Below, piece after piece: positions 19,130 through 41,565 of a DNA stretch of 64,000 nucleotides. The notes beneath the pieces are model-generated. The model was not told where the DNA came from. It did no database searches and worked only from the letters and a program-made list of their open reading frames with translations. The number at the start of each line of letters is the position of its first letter. Positions within the stretch are counted from its first letter, which is position 1. Source of the stretch: the human T2T-CHM13v2.0 reference genome, Homo sapiens; NCBI RefSeq assembly GCF_009914755.1, contig NC_060947.1. One strand, written 5' to 3'. Both the position numbers and the translations under genes were made by a program.

Positions 19130-19780
19130 CATTTGCAATGGTAAGACACTATAGATGTAACCCCATTAAAATCAGTAACAAGCTAAGAAGATCTGCTATC
19201 ACCATTATAATTTAATTTTTAAAATTCCCTAGCCAGTGCAATAAAGCAGGAAACAGAAATAAGAGCCATCACTAATAGAAATCAGGAGGCACAATTAATA
19301 TCTTCAAATGAAATGATTTTCTAACCCACGGAGTCTAAATGAAAACCATTTAGAATGAGATTTTAAAGGTTTGTTAGTTGTCCTAAACATTTCAGTAACC
19401 AGTTAGAAAACACAGTGGAGAGCTTATTTGCTGTAACACCAGAATGTAGAAAATACCTAGAAATAACCTCAACAAGAAATGTGCAAGATCTGTATGAAGA
19501 AAATGGTGAAACTTTACCAAAAAAACCTCCTGAAACATGAATGAGAGGACAAACATTTTTAACTTGTTAATTCCTCTGAAATAGTTTTAATAAAATTTAC
19601 AATAAAAGTACCAGAGAGTATTCTTGTACCTTGGTAAAGTAATTTTAAACTCCATCCTGAAGAATATATATCCAAGAATAGCAAATATTTTCTGAAAAAG
19701 AAGACCAATGAGGAGGACTTTAACAAATGATAAAACCTGGTTCAAAAATTGCAGTTATTAAAACAGCATGGTACGGGTAC
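19130..19780 (+). mobile_element. Ancient L1M ORF2 fragment
   Basis: Degenerate RT motifs 'ctagccagtgcaataaagcagg', 'aaatacctagaaataacctcaacaagaaatgtgcaagatc', 'aaaacagcatggtac'. Confidence 0.65.
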
Positions 19781-19785
19781 ATGCA

Positions 19786-20086
<301 letters not shown>

Positions 20087-21054
20087 GATTTTTAAAAAAC
20101 AAACATAAATGTCACAAATTCTAGAGCCTCAGAATAGTGAAATGGAGCTTAGTGTTTCCCCACGAGCTCAGGCATATGCCATTTTGGACCCGTGTTAGCA
20201 CAATGATAAAAGGATTTGTGTCGTGGCAGCTCCTTCTGGGCTCCTGGATTATTTTGAAGGGGACACTACCAGTAAGTCAGAGTCCTTGACAGTCCAGAAG
20301 CTCATAGGGAGAGTTAATGGCATAGTTTTCATGGACCAATCATTTATTCTAATGCTTCTTTCTTCTTCTATAGTAAAAGTATATGCAACAAGGGTTGAAT
20401 TGCTTATTTTGGCAGATGGCCCTAAATATGTAGAAAGTTAGTACTACCTCTGGATTTTCCTTTTGTAGGTGTCAGGTTAAAAGAGAGGTATTTTACAATT
20501 CCTACCCTCTGATCTAAGGAACCTTTTAAAATGTAATTTCAAAAATTCGATTTTCTTGAGGTGGTTACCTCAATTAGCATATCTATTAATGTAGCATCAT
20601 AGTCATCTTTTGGCAGGCTTCATTTTAAAAGCAAAGGAGACAAATTGATTCCAATTGCAGGAATTTGCTTTATTCTATAGTAAAGTCCTTTGCATTATTC
20701 TACAATGTGTATGGTACCAAGTGTGCGCCTTTCTTTTTAAAAATTGCGTTACAATATATGAAATTATATCTGTATCTGAGCATCTATAAAAACAATTATT
20801 CTCGTCCAATAAGTACTAAATTGAAGCGAAAGCATTTTTAAAAGCTTTAAATTATATTTCTTTTTGGAAATCAAATATACCAAGAAATATTTGGTGCTGA
20901 TGCCATCTAAAATTATATTTGTTTTTTCAAAAACATTCTAGAGTTGCACTCAAGTTTATAATGATGAATGAAAGCAGATCCTTACTTTAGGGTGGCTAAT
21001 TTTGTTTTATTTTCCCTATTTAAATAAAACTATTTTGGCAACAAATTTCCCATT

Positions 21055-21900
21055 TATCATTCATCATTCAGTTAATGGAGAAATATTTATTGATTGTTTA
21101 CTATGTGCTAGGTTCTATACTAGGTATTACATTGTTATAATAAAATGAATGTACTCTCTGTCCTCATGAAACTTTTAGTTTAGTGGGGAGGCAGACATTA
21201 GACACTTAAATGGCCAAATAGATACATAATTAGAAATGTCGATAAGTTCTATGAAAGAAACAGAGGACACAAAGAGAAAACAACTGGAGTTACACACTTT
21301 AATTTGCTTGTTTAGCTTGGGTGAATAAGAAGCCCTCTCTGGGGAAGCAATATTTAAGCTGAGATCTGAAGAATGAGAAGGAGCCAGCCACGCAAAAGAT
21401 GGGTGGAAGAATGTTCAAGAAGGAAAGAACACCTTTTATGAAGATGTAAAACATGCTCAAGTAGCTAAAGGCCAGCGTGGCTAAAGACTGGAGAGATAGC
21501 TGGACACTAGCATGAGACGAGGTGGTGAAGGTAGGCAGGGATCAGATTATGCAGGATGTTGATGCCTGTGTTAAAGAATTGCATTTTAAATTAGTTGGAT
21601 GCTGTGGGGTGCACCTGCAGTCCCAGCTACTCAGGAGGCTGAGGTGGAAGGATTGCTTACAGGAGTTTGAGGCTGCAGGGAGCTATGATCTAGCCACTGC
21701 CCTTCAGCCTGGACAACAGAGCAAGACCTTGTCTTCAGAAAAAAAAAAAAAAAGAATTTATATTTTATTGAAACTGCAAAGGAAAGTCATTAAAGGGTCT
21801 TCAGCAGAGGAGTAATATGATCATATTTACATTTTTAAAATTCTGATTTTGGCTTAAGAGTAGACAATGGATGGAGGTAGAGACGAATGGATATTATCAG
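21055..21900 (-). mobile_element. L2 fragment containing an Alu right monomer (FRAM-like, about 21590-21751, + strand)
   Basis: 'aaatatttattgattgtttactatgtgctagg', 'tttaagctgagatctgaagaatgag'; monomer flanked by 'aaagaatt'. Confidence 0.75.
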
Positions 21901-22447
21901 ATTTTGGGTAATAATTTCTGGCTGCTAAGAGGCATGCCCAAATGACCAAATGAATACTTAAAAGGCAAAAACTTCTGATCTCAAACTACAGTGTTTGTTG
22001 TACTCACACTACACCCATAGTAGTTCTCTTTTAAAAATTATGCATACATTTTTTATGGTGTTACACAAACTAAACAACTGTTGAAACATGCTTCTTTATC
22101 TTTGTTTATGAAATATGTTAAATGTAATACTCTAATGAGAGTTGCATTTGTTACCTATCTAGCTTCTATTTTGAAGGCCAAGTTTGCATATTATTTATAT
22201 TTTGGTTCAAAAGAAGAGGCAAGCAGTTTCTGATAATTTGAGGGAACTAATATGACTAGAACAATAACAGAAGAAATTAAATTGGTCGATGAGTCTGTCT
22301 GAAATGAACAGAACAAGAGCAAGAGAAATGAGTCAGAGGACTATGGTCACAGAAATCTCTGAGATCTGTAAGAGAGGTAACTGAAAGATTGATAATTGAT
22401 AGCTCGCAACTGAAGAAATATTTAAGACCTGATATGAATTCACCTTC

Positions 22448-26263
<3,816 letters not shown>

Positions 26264-26473
26264 CCTTCTTTTCAAAGGTTCAATGATGCCAAGAACTGAA
26301 TAAGGCTTGAGTGAGGTTGGACTCAAGAGTTAGAGCATCTGCCTAGTGGAAGTCTAGAACAACCAAGGGTTAGAGGATGAGATGGAGGACTTGTGTCCAA
26401 AAAGGAACAGGGAGTAAATTCTAAAAGAAAGCAGAGATCCTGGTCATCCAAAAGTGGTGTCATCTCAAATTGA

Positions 26474-29228
<2,755 letters not shown>

Positions 29229-30729
29229 TTTCACTTATGCTCTATAAAAAAGACTGTTTATAATGTGTCAACCTTCTCTTGACTGAATCCACAGCAAAAA
29301 GGACTTTCCAGACATCAGTCAGGATAGATGGGAAGAGACCTTAGTACCCCACATGGCCTGTATAAGTGGCAGAAGCCATTCCGAATAGGGTAGTGGAGCT
29401 GGGTAGATGAAGTTCATAGAGATCTTCAGACAGCAGTTGATATGCATGCCTTCCCTCCTTGGGCATTTTCTCACCTTGCTTCAAAACCAAGCAGAACTAA
29501 AGCAGAAAATCAAAGCTGCCTTACAAAATGAGAGAAAAAAAGCCCAGAGCGGAAGGGCCACAAACCTCTCTCAGCCTGCTTAAAAACAAATCCCAAACAA
29601 AGAAATTTCAGCTTCCAGTGAAAAGTAATTTCTGTGACTGTGAAACTCCTGACCATAGGCCAAGCAAGGTCATTCAGAAGGAACACATGAGAGTAGAGGC
29701 AAAAGCAAAATCAGTCAAATTGATTCTATGTCTTAAGATACCATTATTTCATGGTCATGGCAAGGGAAAAATATGATCTCTATGGATTTGATCTATTGCT
29801 ACCTTATATGAACAGTCTGAAATGAAACAATGAGATTGTTTTCGTCCGTTAAGATGCCCCAAGGCAAAGCCTATTCAACTTTTTCCCCTCTTGAAACAAA
29901 GGTACTTAAATATTTGCAAGACTGGGGCTAACTGCAAAAAATGACTATAAACTTTACAGCTAGTCACATATGTTTCCACATAATTCACAGCTTGGTATAC
30001 CCAAATATGCAGCAAATATCTTGGTAATAGTTTTTCTATAAGGACAATCAAGTTCCTAACAAATATCTATTTTACTCATATCTAAAAAGCAGTATTTTAA
30101 TTTGCACATCATGCATCCTTTCTGAAAATGCCACAGAATGCCAACCTATACGCTAATCAAAAAAGTGCATACATATTTTGTTCTTCGAGTGCTTGAATTG
30201 GGTCAGATACTTAATTTTGCCAGGATATAAGAACATACTGTAGCAAATGTCTTACACTAAGACTGACCATCGTTGGTTTTGTTTTTGTGTATAATCTCTA
30301 TTCCTAAAGATCATATTTTCAGTAAAACCTTTTTTGACTTGCTGGATCTGCTCAGTGCATCAGTGATAACAATATCATGGACTCATGTGAGGAAAGTAAG
30401 GAGGGCCACTTGACATAGGATGACAATGTATTGCTTGGAATTGTGCACAGGCTTGGAAGTCAGGAGACTTGAGAAAATTTTCTGGATTGATACTAATTCA
30501 CCACGTGCGAACTTCAGCAGAGTAATTTTGGGCTTAGATATGCTATTTTCCAAGGGCATGGTGAAGATCTCTGGAATTCCTTGGAGGCATTTTAGAGATG
30601 ACAGACAGTTAAGAGGGAATGAGAGGGAAGTCCTATATGGCCCTCTCAATCAAAATAGTTCTTCTTGATTTGTTTAACAGACTGAACTTCTGTGTAAGAT
30701 TTAATTTAAAGCTAGGCTTCCATGAGCCC

Positions 30730-31078
30730 TGCTCTGATTATCTGAATATTTATGTCCCCTAAAAAATTTGTATGTTGAAATCATATCCCCCAAGATGCTG
30801 GTACTTAGAGGTAGGACCTTTGGGAGATGGTTAGGTCATGGGGGCAAAGCCCTCGTGAATGAGATCAGTGACCTTATAAAAGAGACCCCATAGAGACCCC
30901 TCACTACTTCCGCCATTTGAGGACACAGCAGAGAAGGAGTTATATATGAATGAGGAAACGGGTCCTCACCAGACATCGAATCTGACGTCACTTCAACCTT
31001 AGACTTCCCAGGCTCCAGAACTGTGAGAAATAGATGTCGATTCTTTGTAAGCCTCACAGTCTATGGTATTTTGTTATA
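30730..31078 (+). mobile_element. MLT1A/A0-like MaLR solo LTR
   Basis: 'gcaaagccctcgtgaatgagatcagtgaccttataaaagagacccc', 'ctccagaactgtgagaaata', 'ggtattttgttatagcagcctgaatggact'. Confidence 0.85.
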
Positions 31079-31327
31079 GCAGCCTGAATGGACTGACAGG
31101 TCCTTCCACTAAATCACTAGATGAAGTGCCCCTCCCGCCAAGATCCCTTCAGGCTCCATCACTTTTTGACATTCTAATTCAACTTGATCTCATACCATCA
31201 TTTTTGAATTCCAATCATTTGAATATTGTGGCTTCCCCTTTCCCTGAGGCCAGTGGAATATTTTCCCTCTCAGCCCTTTACGCCAGGAATATGTCAGCAA
31301 TCTATGTGACAATGGGCAGTTCAGGTG

Positions 31328-31415
31328 CTTCTTTCTTGTTCACCTTGCAGTGATTTAACTCCTACCATCTTCTTTCTTGTTCACCATGTAGTGATTTAAC
31401 TCCTACCATCTTCTT
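31328..31415. repeat. 41-bp tandem duplication
   Basis: 31328-31368 vs 31369-31409, 2 mismatches. Confidence 0.95.
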
Positions 31416-33561
31416 CACTACCATCATCTTTCCCTCTCTCCTTTCCTGTCACTGTGAGTGACACACCAGCTGATAGTGTTATGAATAGGAAGGTTTGGGC
31501 AGAGTGACTGTCAGAAATATTTTTACCGTGTGAAAGGACATTTGTGGAATGTTATGGCATCGTTGCCTCCTGCCCCTCAGAGAATGTGGCATTGAGTATT
31601 GGGCTCTTGCCACTGTATCCAGCATACCAAAGCGAGCTCCTGGCCTCATTGTACATTACAGAGTACTTAAATAATATCCTCATCTTATATATACACATGT
31701 ATTTATTTTCATGTTCTTTCATATGCCCTACCTTAGATTTTACATTGTGACTTAAGTATGATTTAGCTGAAGTCCTCAGAATACTTCAGTAAAGCTATTA
31801 CCAGAATTAGAACATTCCCCTGAGTTGCAGTGAGATTTGTGCTAAAGTTCACAATGCGAATTTGATAGCTCTAAACATGAGATATGTACTTGCTGCATTT
31901 ACTGAAATCCCTGAGTCCCCTATCACTTTCCTTAGATTTCAAAGTTATGGGATTGTCCAGTATGTTTGCTAAGAATGACCTGATGTGACTCAAGTGTTAT
32001 TCTGGGCACGATTCTGTTGCCAATTACATTGGTACACATGTTTTAATGTGATTCGGATTACTGATATAAATGCATATGATTACTTTGTGTTTTCTATTAT
32101 ATAACATTATATTTCCTTTAGACATTTCATTGTCTCAGGTTATAATATGACATCCTTATATAAAGCAGTTTTAAGGGGGAATTTATCTTCTCTCAGTGCT
32201 TTAACTTACCTACCAGATTTTATATTTGAGGCATCTTTTAGTGCCAAATTCATTAACCTGCAACATGTCTTGAATCATGTTTAAAATTATTTTAAGACAT
32301 CCCCTACCCCACGCCAGAATAACCATGTGATAACCTTGAAAAATGTTTCTACTTTTTTGATTGATGGATTGATTTCAGGTGACAATTTATGGCTCATCAC
32401 GACTATGTTAATAATTAGGTCCCAGATAATACATTGACATGGTTTCAGATATAAGTTTCCAACTAGTTTTGCTCAGAAGCGAAGTAGGTGGTTGCATATG
32501 TTGTGCGATCTGATGACCCTACATTTGAAAAGTATTCACCTCACAAGCTCATTTGAAATTGGAAGGTTGATCCCTACAGTCTTTGGTCTTCATGGGTAGT
32601 CTGTTGAAATGTAAATACCTCTAGATGGGCAGCCCATCAGCCTGCTGTCATTATCATTTTAATCTGGATTTATTTAGCAGATCTCTGAAAATTGGCTGAA
32701 ATAGACTGGCAAGACAAAGATTTGATATCGGTTAAGGTGGATGACAAGTTTACAAGATTTGATATTGGTTTAAATGAAGAAAAGGTCTGTTTAAAGTCTT
32801 AGTAAGCCTAGTTTTGACTAGGCAAGGGAAGCATGCTAGCATACGGCATGTGAGTGCAGGCAGAGAAAGAGAAGTAACAGAATGGGTACACCAACTTTAC
32901 CTAACCTCCATCTTTCTGGAAGTCAGCCCTTGTCTGTGACTTGTAGGGAACATTGTACTGCCTGCTTGTCACTCTGCCAACCATCCACCAAAGTAACTTT
33001 CAAGACTATCTTAGGGTCTGGGATTCTCTATGGGGGTGGTGAAAATAAAATTCTGTAACATCTTCCTTCTTTCTCTACTTTCTTAGCTGTCTTCTTGCCA
33101 TTTTTGGAAAAGCTTTCCTTGAAAAATTTCTTGCTGCCTAATATTCTTGGTGCTTTAATCAAGGCAACACTATACAATCTTTACCACCAAATTTTCTCTT
33201 TAAAACAGATTTTATTTGATTGACCCACAGATAGGAGGGAGCCTAATACAGGCTCTACTGTTTCTTGGGGAAAGCCCTGAAAACCCTTGTCAATACTATT
33301 TTCCACATATTCTTTTGCTGTTGTTGCTACTCCTTTATCTTGATTGAACACAACCTCCAAGATTTTCTGTGCAAGGTTACTTGAGAGAGAAAATGTTAAT
33401 TGACATTTTTCATATGTGAAAATCCCTTTATTCTACCATTATTAAGTTTGGCTGGTTATGGACTTCTAGGTTAGAAATAGCTTTTCCTTAAACTTTTGAA
33501 AACGTTGGCTCCTTGCTTTTGAGCTTCCAGTGTTGCCATTGAGTCAATATTATTACTTTGA

Positions 33562-33920
<359 letters not shown>

Positions 33921-35233
33921 GTGTGATCTATTTTTATTCATTATACTAGGCACTTGGTGGGCCCTTTCAGTTAGGAAACCTGTGTCCTTCAACTCTGAAA
34001 ATTCTTCTTGCATTATTACTTGGATAATATCCTTTTACTCTTTCATTTCTCTTTTTTTCTCTGTAGATGTTATCAGCCAGATGTTGAACATCCGAGATTG
34101 ATCCCCAAGTCATCTCTTCTGCTTATTTTCCATCTTTTTGTCTTTTTATTTTGATTTTCAGGAGGTCTCCTCCAACTTATATTCCAACACTTCTATTTTT
34201 ATCTTATTTTTAATTTCCAAAAGTTTTATCTTATTCTCTGTATGTTCTTTTTTTAAGCCAATTTTTAATGAATGCTGTATATTCTCATCTCTCTAAAAGT
34301 TAGTTCTTAAAGTTTTCTTCTGTTCCCTGTATTGTCTCTGTTTCTGTCAAATTCACTTTCTTTGTTCTGTCGTTTTTATCTCTAGCCTCGATGTCTTATC
34401 ACTCTTGATGGCCCATTTATATATAACAATAAGACACCAAGAAGCTGATTAGAAGTTCTGTGTACATGAGTAGGCACTGTTATATGGTGAAGTGTCCTTT
34501 AAGTTGGGAAGGCTACAACTCAGCTTTTTCACTGAGATTCTCAACAATATCAGTATATTTCAGTCCTTTTTATTAGACAATTATTTTCCACAGAAAGAAA
34601 TAGTCCAATTTCCTATAGGTAATTATAAACCTGCCTGCAACTATTCTGGGATATATGACAGGAATAAGGTAGGGACTGAAGATTGAACCTCTTGACATGC
34701 AGGTTTTCCAGATGAGAACATATCTTGGAAAGAGAAAAAAGAAAAAAGGAAAGAAAAATATGCATGTTTTGTATCCTCATTTTCGGTGTGGCAACTCACC
34801 CCACTTCTTATTCATATAAACTTTTTCCAGCAAGAAAAAAACCCTCCTGTCTTCTACATGCATTGGCAAAGGGAAATTACTCCATGGAGTACATGAGTGA
34901 ACTTAGAAGGAAGGACTATATACTCCTTATACCAACTGATAATCTACTCTTCTGTTTTCAGTCCCACTCACACCCCTGCCCCTAGAGATTCTTGGTGCCT
35001 GCAAATCCTAAGACTTTCTGAGGTTCTGCAGCATGAATTGCCTCGCCTTTTGTTGGCTTCTACCCAGTTTCAGGCTTAAGTTTCAGTATTATCTATCTAC
35101 ACTGCTAAGTCATTTACCACCTGTCCATTTATTTTCTAGCTTACAAAATGTGTGTTGGTATTTCTCTTCTACTGTCATCTCCTCTCATGTTCTCTTTGTA
35201 CTTTAGGATCTTTTATTACTTTTTAAAATTCTT

Positions 35234-35562
<329 letters not shown>

Positions 35563-36179
35563 TCAGGAGTGAGTGGAGATACATATATTTGTTCAATCTT
35601 CTATGCTTACCTAGAGGTCTCCTCATTCATTTTACTAGCTGTATGGTATTCCATAGTTTATGTGGACCAAGCAGTGATACATAAAATATTAGATATGTAT
35701 TAAGACCTGGGTCTCAAGCAATCAGAATGAGCACCAGTTATAGTGGTAACATATGGTCCTAAAGCCCCCTGCTGTGCAAGTGTTAAGACTTTAGTTGTTA
35801 GATTGTGTCGGGGTTCAAGGTATCCTGGGGAAAGAACCAAGATGACCAGAGTGCTGGAGGGGTGCACTCAGTGTATGGAATCAAGACAGAAACTATTAAG
35901 CTTATTTCAGCATTTTACCAACTATTTTATCTGCATTTGTGCATGCTTGCAAAATATCAATCAGGAATATGCCAGAATCCATTTATTCAATCCTTTACTA
36001 ATGGACATTTATATTATTTCTAGCTTTTGTTTAAGTTTACAACAATGTGTGTGTGACAATCTCAAACACATCTCTTTTTGTACCTTTGGGAATATTACTG
36101 TAGCATTGCTTCTTAGTAGTACATTTCTTTCACTGGTTACCTTGGAAGCAACTAGTGGAAACAAAACAATTAGCTAATG

Positions 36180-36493
36180 ATTTTTTTTTTTTTAAAGACA
36201 GGGTTTTATTCTGTTGCCCAGGTTGGAGTGCAGTGATGCAAACATAGTTCATTGCAGCCTTGAACTCCTGGGCTCAAGCAATCCTCCCACTTCAGCCTCT
36301 TGAGTAGCTAGGACTATAAGTGCATGCCACCATGCCTGGCTAATTTTTTAACTTATTATTATTATTATTATTGTTGTAGAGATGAGGCCTCATTATGTTG
36401 CCCAGGCTGATCTTGAATAACTGGCCTCCAGTGATCCTCCCACTTCAGCCTCCCAAAGTGCTGGGATTATAGGAGTCAGCCATTATGTCTGGC
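36180..36493 (-). mobile_element. AluJ
   Basis: 'cattgcagccttgaactcctgggctcaagcaatcctccc' J diagnostics. Confidence 0.9.
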
Positions 36494-36501
36494 TCTGATT
36501 T

Positions 36502-36543
<42 letters not shown>

Positions 36544-36547
36544 TGTA

Positions 36548-36825
36548 GGCTGGGAACAGTGGCTCACGCCTGTAATCCCAGCATTTTGGGAGGTTGAGGT
36601 GGGCAGATCACTTGGGGTCAGGAGTTCAAGACCAGCCTGGCCAGCATGGCAAAATCCCGTTTCTACTAAAAATAAAAAAATTAGCTGGGCATAGTGGTGC
36701 ATACCTGTGATCCCAGCTACTCAGGAGGCTGAGATGGGAGTATAGCTTGAACCTGGGAGGCGGAGGTTCTAGTGAGCTGAGATAGCGCCACTGCACTTCA
36801 GCCTGGGTGACAAAGTGAGATTCTC
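36548..36825 (+). mobile_element. AluS, preceded by (TA)n at about 36505-36541
   Basis: Dimeric Alu; no poly(A) tail left. Confidence 0.92.
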
Positions 36826-36906
36826 TCTCTCTTTCTCTATGTACATAACCTATAATTTAAGTTAATTCAACCTATTCTTTTTAAAAGTTGGTTCCGCGAA
36901 TTCTGT

Positions 36907-37661
<755 letters not shown>

Positions 37662-37663
<2 letters not shown>

Positions 37664-37865
37664 GGAAGGGGAACATCACACACTGGGGCCTGTCGAAGGG
37701 TGGGGGTCTAGGGGAGGGAGAGCATTAGGACAAATACCTAATGCATACGGGGCCTAAAACCTAGACGATGGGTTGATAGGTGCAGCAACCCACCATGGCA
37801 CATGTATACCTATGTAACAAACCTGCACATTCTGCACATGTATCCCAGAACTTAAAATAAAAAAA
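37662..37865 (+). mobile_element. L1PA7/8-like 3'UTR end (about 200 bp)
   Basis: 'ggggaacatcacacactggggcctg...gcattaggacaaatacctaatgca...tatcccagaacttaaa'. Confidence 0.9.
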
Positions 37866-38185
37866 GTAATCCCATTTACAATAGCTACACATAAAATTAA
37901 ATACCTAGGAATTAACCAAAGAAGTGAAATATCTCTATAATGAAAACTGTAAAACATGGGTAAAATAAATGGAAGAGGACACCAAAAAATGCAAAAATAT
38001 TCCATGTTCATGGATTGGAAGAATCAATGTTGTTAAAAATGTCCATACTGTTAATTGCAATCCACAGATTCAATGCAATTACTATCAAAATACCAATTAC
38101 ATTCTTCACAGAAATACAAAAACAATCCTATAATTTATATGGAAGTATGAAAGACCCAGAATAGCCAAAGCTATCCTAAGGCAAA

Positions 38186-38233
<48 letters not shown>

Positions 38234-39825
38234 CAAAAAACAAAAAACAAAAAACAAAAAAAAAACTAAACTAAAGGAATCACATTACCTGACTTCCAAT
38301 TGTACTACAGAGGTATAGTAACCAAGACAGCATGGTATTGGCATAAAAAGAGACACCTAGACCAATGGAACAAAATAGACAACCTAGGAACAAATCCGTA
38401 CACCTTCAGTGAACTCATTTTTGACAAAGGTGCCAAGAACATAAACTAGGGAAAAGAAAGTCTCTTCAATAAATGGTGCTATGAAAACTGGATATCCATA
38501 TGCAGAAGAATGAAACTAGACCCCTATTTCTTGCCAGATACAAATATCAAATCAAAATGGATTAAAGACATAAATCTAAGACCTCAAACTATGAAACTGT
38601 TACAAGAAAACATTGGAGAAAAGCTCCAGGACATTGGTCTGGGCAAAGATTTTTTGAGCAATATCCCACAAGCACAAGCAACCAAAGCAAACATGGACAA
38701 ATGGGATCACATGAAGTTAAAAAACTTCTGCACAGCAAATGATACAATGAAGAAAGTGAAGAGACAACCCACAGAATGGGAGATAATATTTGCAAACTAC
38801 CCATCTGACAAGGGATTAATAATCATAATATATAAGGAACTCAAATAACTCTATAGGAAAAAGTCTAGTAATCCAATAAAAAATGAGCAGAAGATTTGAA
38901 TAGAGATTTCTGAGAAGACGACATACAAATGGCAAACAGGCATATGAAAAGATGCCCAACATCAGTGATCATCAGAAATGCAAATCAAAGCTACAATGAG
39001 ATATCATCTCACCCCAGTTAAAATGGCTTATATGCTGGCAAGGATGTGGTGAAAATGGAACCCTTGTATACTGTTGGTGGGAATGTAAATTAGTACAACC
39101 ACTATGGGAACGATTTGGACGTTCCTCAAAAAACTAAAAGTTGAACTACCATATGATCCAGCAATCCCACTGCTGGGAATATACCCAAAAGAAAGTATAT
39201 CAAAGAGATACCTGCACTCCTATGTTTGTTGCAGCACTGTTCATAATAGCTAAGATTTGGAATCAAACTAATGTCCATCAACAGATGAATGGATAAAGAA
39301 AATGTGGAGCATATACACAATGGAGTGCTATTCAGCCATAAAAAAAATGAGATCCATTCATTTGCAACAATATGGATAGAACTGGAGATCATTATGTTAA
39401 GTGAAATAAGCCTTGCACAGAAAAAGAAACTGCATGTTCTTACTTATTTGTGGGATCTAAAAATCAAACAATTGAACTCACGGACATAGAGAGTAGACGG
39501 ATGGTTGTCAGAGGTTGGGGAGGGTAGTAGGGGGCTGGGGGTGATGTGCGGATGGTTAATGGGTACAAAAAATAGAAAGAAGGAATAAGACCTACTATTT
39601 GACAGAACATCAGGGTGACTATCGTCAATAATGACTTAATTGTCCATTTTAAAATAAAGAGTGTAATTGGATTGTTTGTAACTCAAAGGGTAAGTGCCTG
39701 AGGGGAAGGATACCTGATTCTACATGATGTGATTATTTCATATTGCATGCCTGTATCAAAACATCTCATGTACCCCATGAATATATACCTACTATGTAGT
39801 CATAAAAATTAAAAAAGAAAAAAAA
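37866..39825 (+). mobile_element. L1MA (MA2-like) ORF2 3' half plus 3'UTR
   Basis: ORF2 relic (KLDPY...KRQPTEWE); 3'UTR 'ttgcatgcctgtatcaaaacatctcatgtacccc'. Confidence 0.88.
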
Positions 39826-40324
39826 TTTAAAAAGCACTAAATTTCTGTGTACTCCAAATTGTCTACAATAACAATGTATGACTTCTATAAATTGCAAATA
39901 AAAACCTATTTAAAGTTAAAAACCTAACCTGCGTTAAAAGAGCTGTAGCCTTCTATGTAATTAAAGCCTTTAATAAATCAGTTATTCTTTCTGATATTGA
40001 TTCTGAATAACCGATTCTGAATAATTTCATATTGTTGAAAAATAAACAGAATCCCTTGTAATTGTTGTCAAAGTAGAAATAATACACAATTAAAGTATTG
40101 TCATAGCCTGGTATGTCTTAGAATGAACAGGATTCTAATTTATTTGTAACTCTATAAATAATTTATAAATTTCATAAATAAAGCTATTTATTTATAAATA
40201 CATATTCATGTAGTTGTATATAAATATGTCAGTTTCTGTGAAACACAAACATAAGTAAAATCGATGTCTTTTCTCAGCTTCATGGCAATGTATTCATTTT
40301 GACAAGAAGCAGCAAAGAGCAACA

Positions 40325-40545
40325 AGCATGAACTTTTAGAGCAAGAAGCCCTGGCTTCCAGTCAGTCCCTGGGTCATCACCTATTAGTAGTGTGACTCAG
40401 GTCAATTATTTTCTGTGACCTCTCATTTTCTCTTCCATAAAATGGAGAAATTAATAATTTCTTTCTTAAGGGTTCTCATGCAGATCAAATTAAATAGTGC
40501 ACAAGAAAGCACTCTGCAAACAGTTAATTGCTATATTCACTGTTC
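40325..40545 (+). mobile_element. MIR
   Basis: 'cctattagtagtgtgactcaggtcaattat...cataaaatggaga'. Confidence 0.6.
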
Positions 40546-41565
40546 TTTATTATTTTATTCTAGATGAGACAAACGGCACCCTTTGCTTTTCTTGGTAAAT
40601 TCATGGATGCTTGCTAACTAGAATTCTGCAATCAGACAATATGCATGTAGGGAGAATTTTGTAGAATGTTATTATGCTTCAATTATATAAATGTCCTATT
40701 GTAGCCTCTCCTTTCTTTCCATTAAAAAAGTATTCTTTTAAAACAATTTGTCAGAAAGCTACTGGTGTGATGACACTGGTTTATTTAAACACTACCACGT
40801 TCCCTCCTTTCTATGAGGATCATTTGCAGTTTCACAGACAGAATTGCCTTTTTGAGGGTTTCCAAATTTAGGTTCAGTGTTTTTTTTCTCATCAATGTTG
40901 AGTTCCAACTTAGAATCTCATTCTAACCTGACTGATGACCTCTCCAAGTGGCCTTCCCGTCTGTGGAATAATCAGTTAAGAAAACAACCACAGTTATTAT
41001 TTTTTTTTACAGGACTATTGAATTGAGTTGTGTTATAATGCTAAGAAAGGACCTCAAATAGATCTAGCAATGAATACAATTTTCGTGGGTTTCGTTGGGT
41101 GACAGTGAAACTGTTGCCTAATATAAAAATAGAAACATAGGAAAGAAATTTGTAAGACTTCCAAAATATCAGCCATTTCACATGATAGTTTATAGTGCCT
41201 GGCTCTCTTGGGCATTGTAGTATTTATGTGTGTTTTGTTTGTTTGTTTCATTTTCTATTTGGAGCTAAAAAGACCTCGTGTTCATGTTGATGTAATGACA
41301 GACAAGGCTTTTTACTCTCCAAGTGCTCCAGAGCATACTCTGGGGTGTAGAGGATGTGAAATGCATAAAGAGAATGGCTCCATAGCAAGTGCCAAACACA
41401 GGGTTACCTTCCTTTTGTTGCCCTCAGGTACATTCATTCATATTCATATCATCATCCTATGTACTAGTGCCCTCTTGTGAAAGATGTTGTTATGGGTGCA
41501 CATTTTGTAGACATTTTGCCTATTTCTTCTCAAAAAACAAAAGTTAATGTATACCAACAGTGATT

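Noticed and set aside
20249-20421. Minus-strand acceptor plus 56-codon frame (PSAKISNSTLVAY...VVSPSK*)
   Set aside because: Weak pyrimidine tract, no recognised homology, no partner exon; compatible with chance
30383-30668. Overlapping 88-aa (-) and 82-aa (+) ORFs in unique DNA
   Set aside because: No recognisable domain or convincing splice sites
32717-32770. 17-bp direct repeat 'aagatttgatat(c/t)ggtt' twice
   Set aside because: Small local duplication with no further structure
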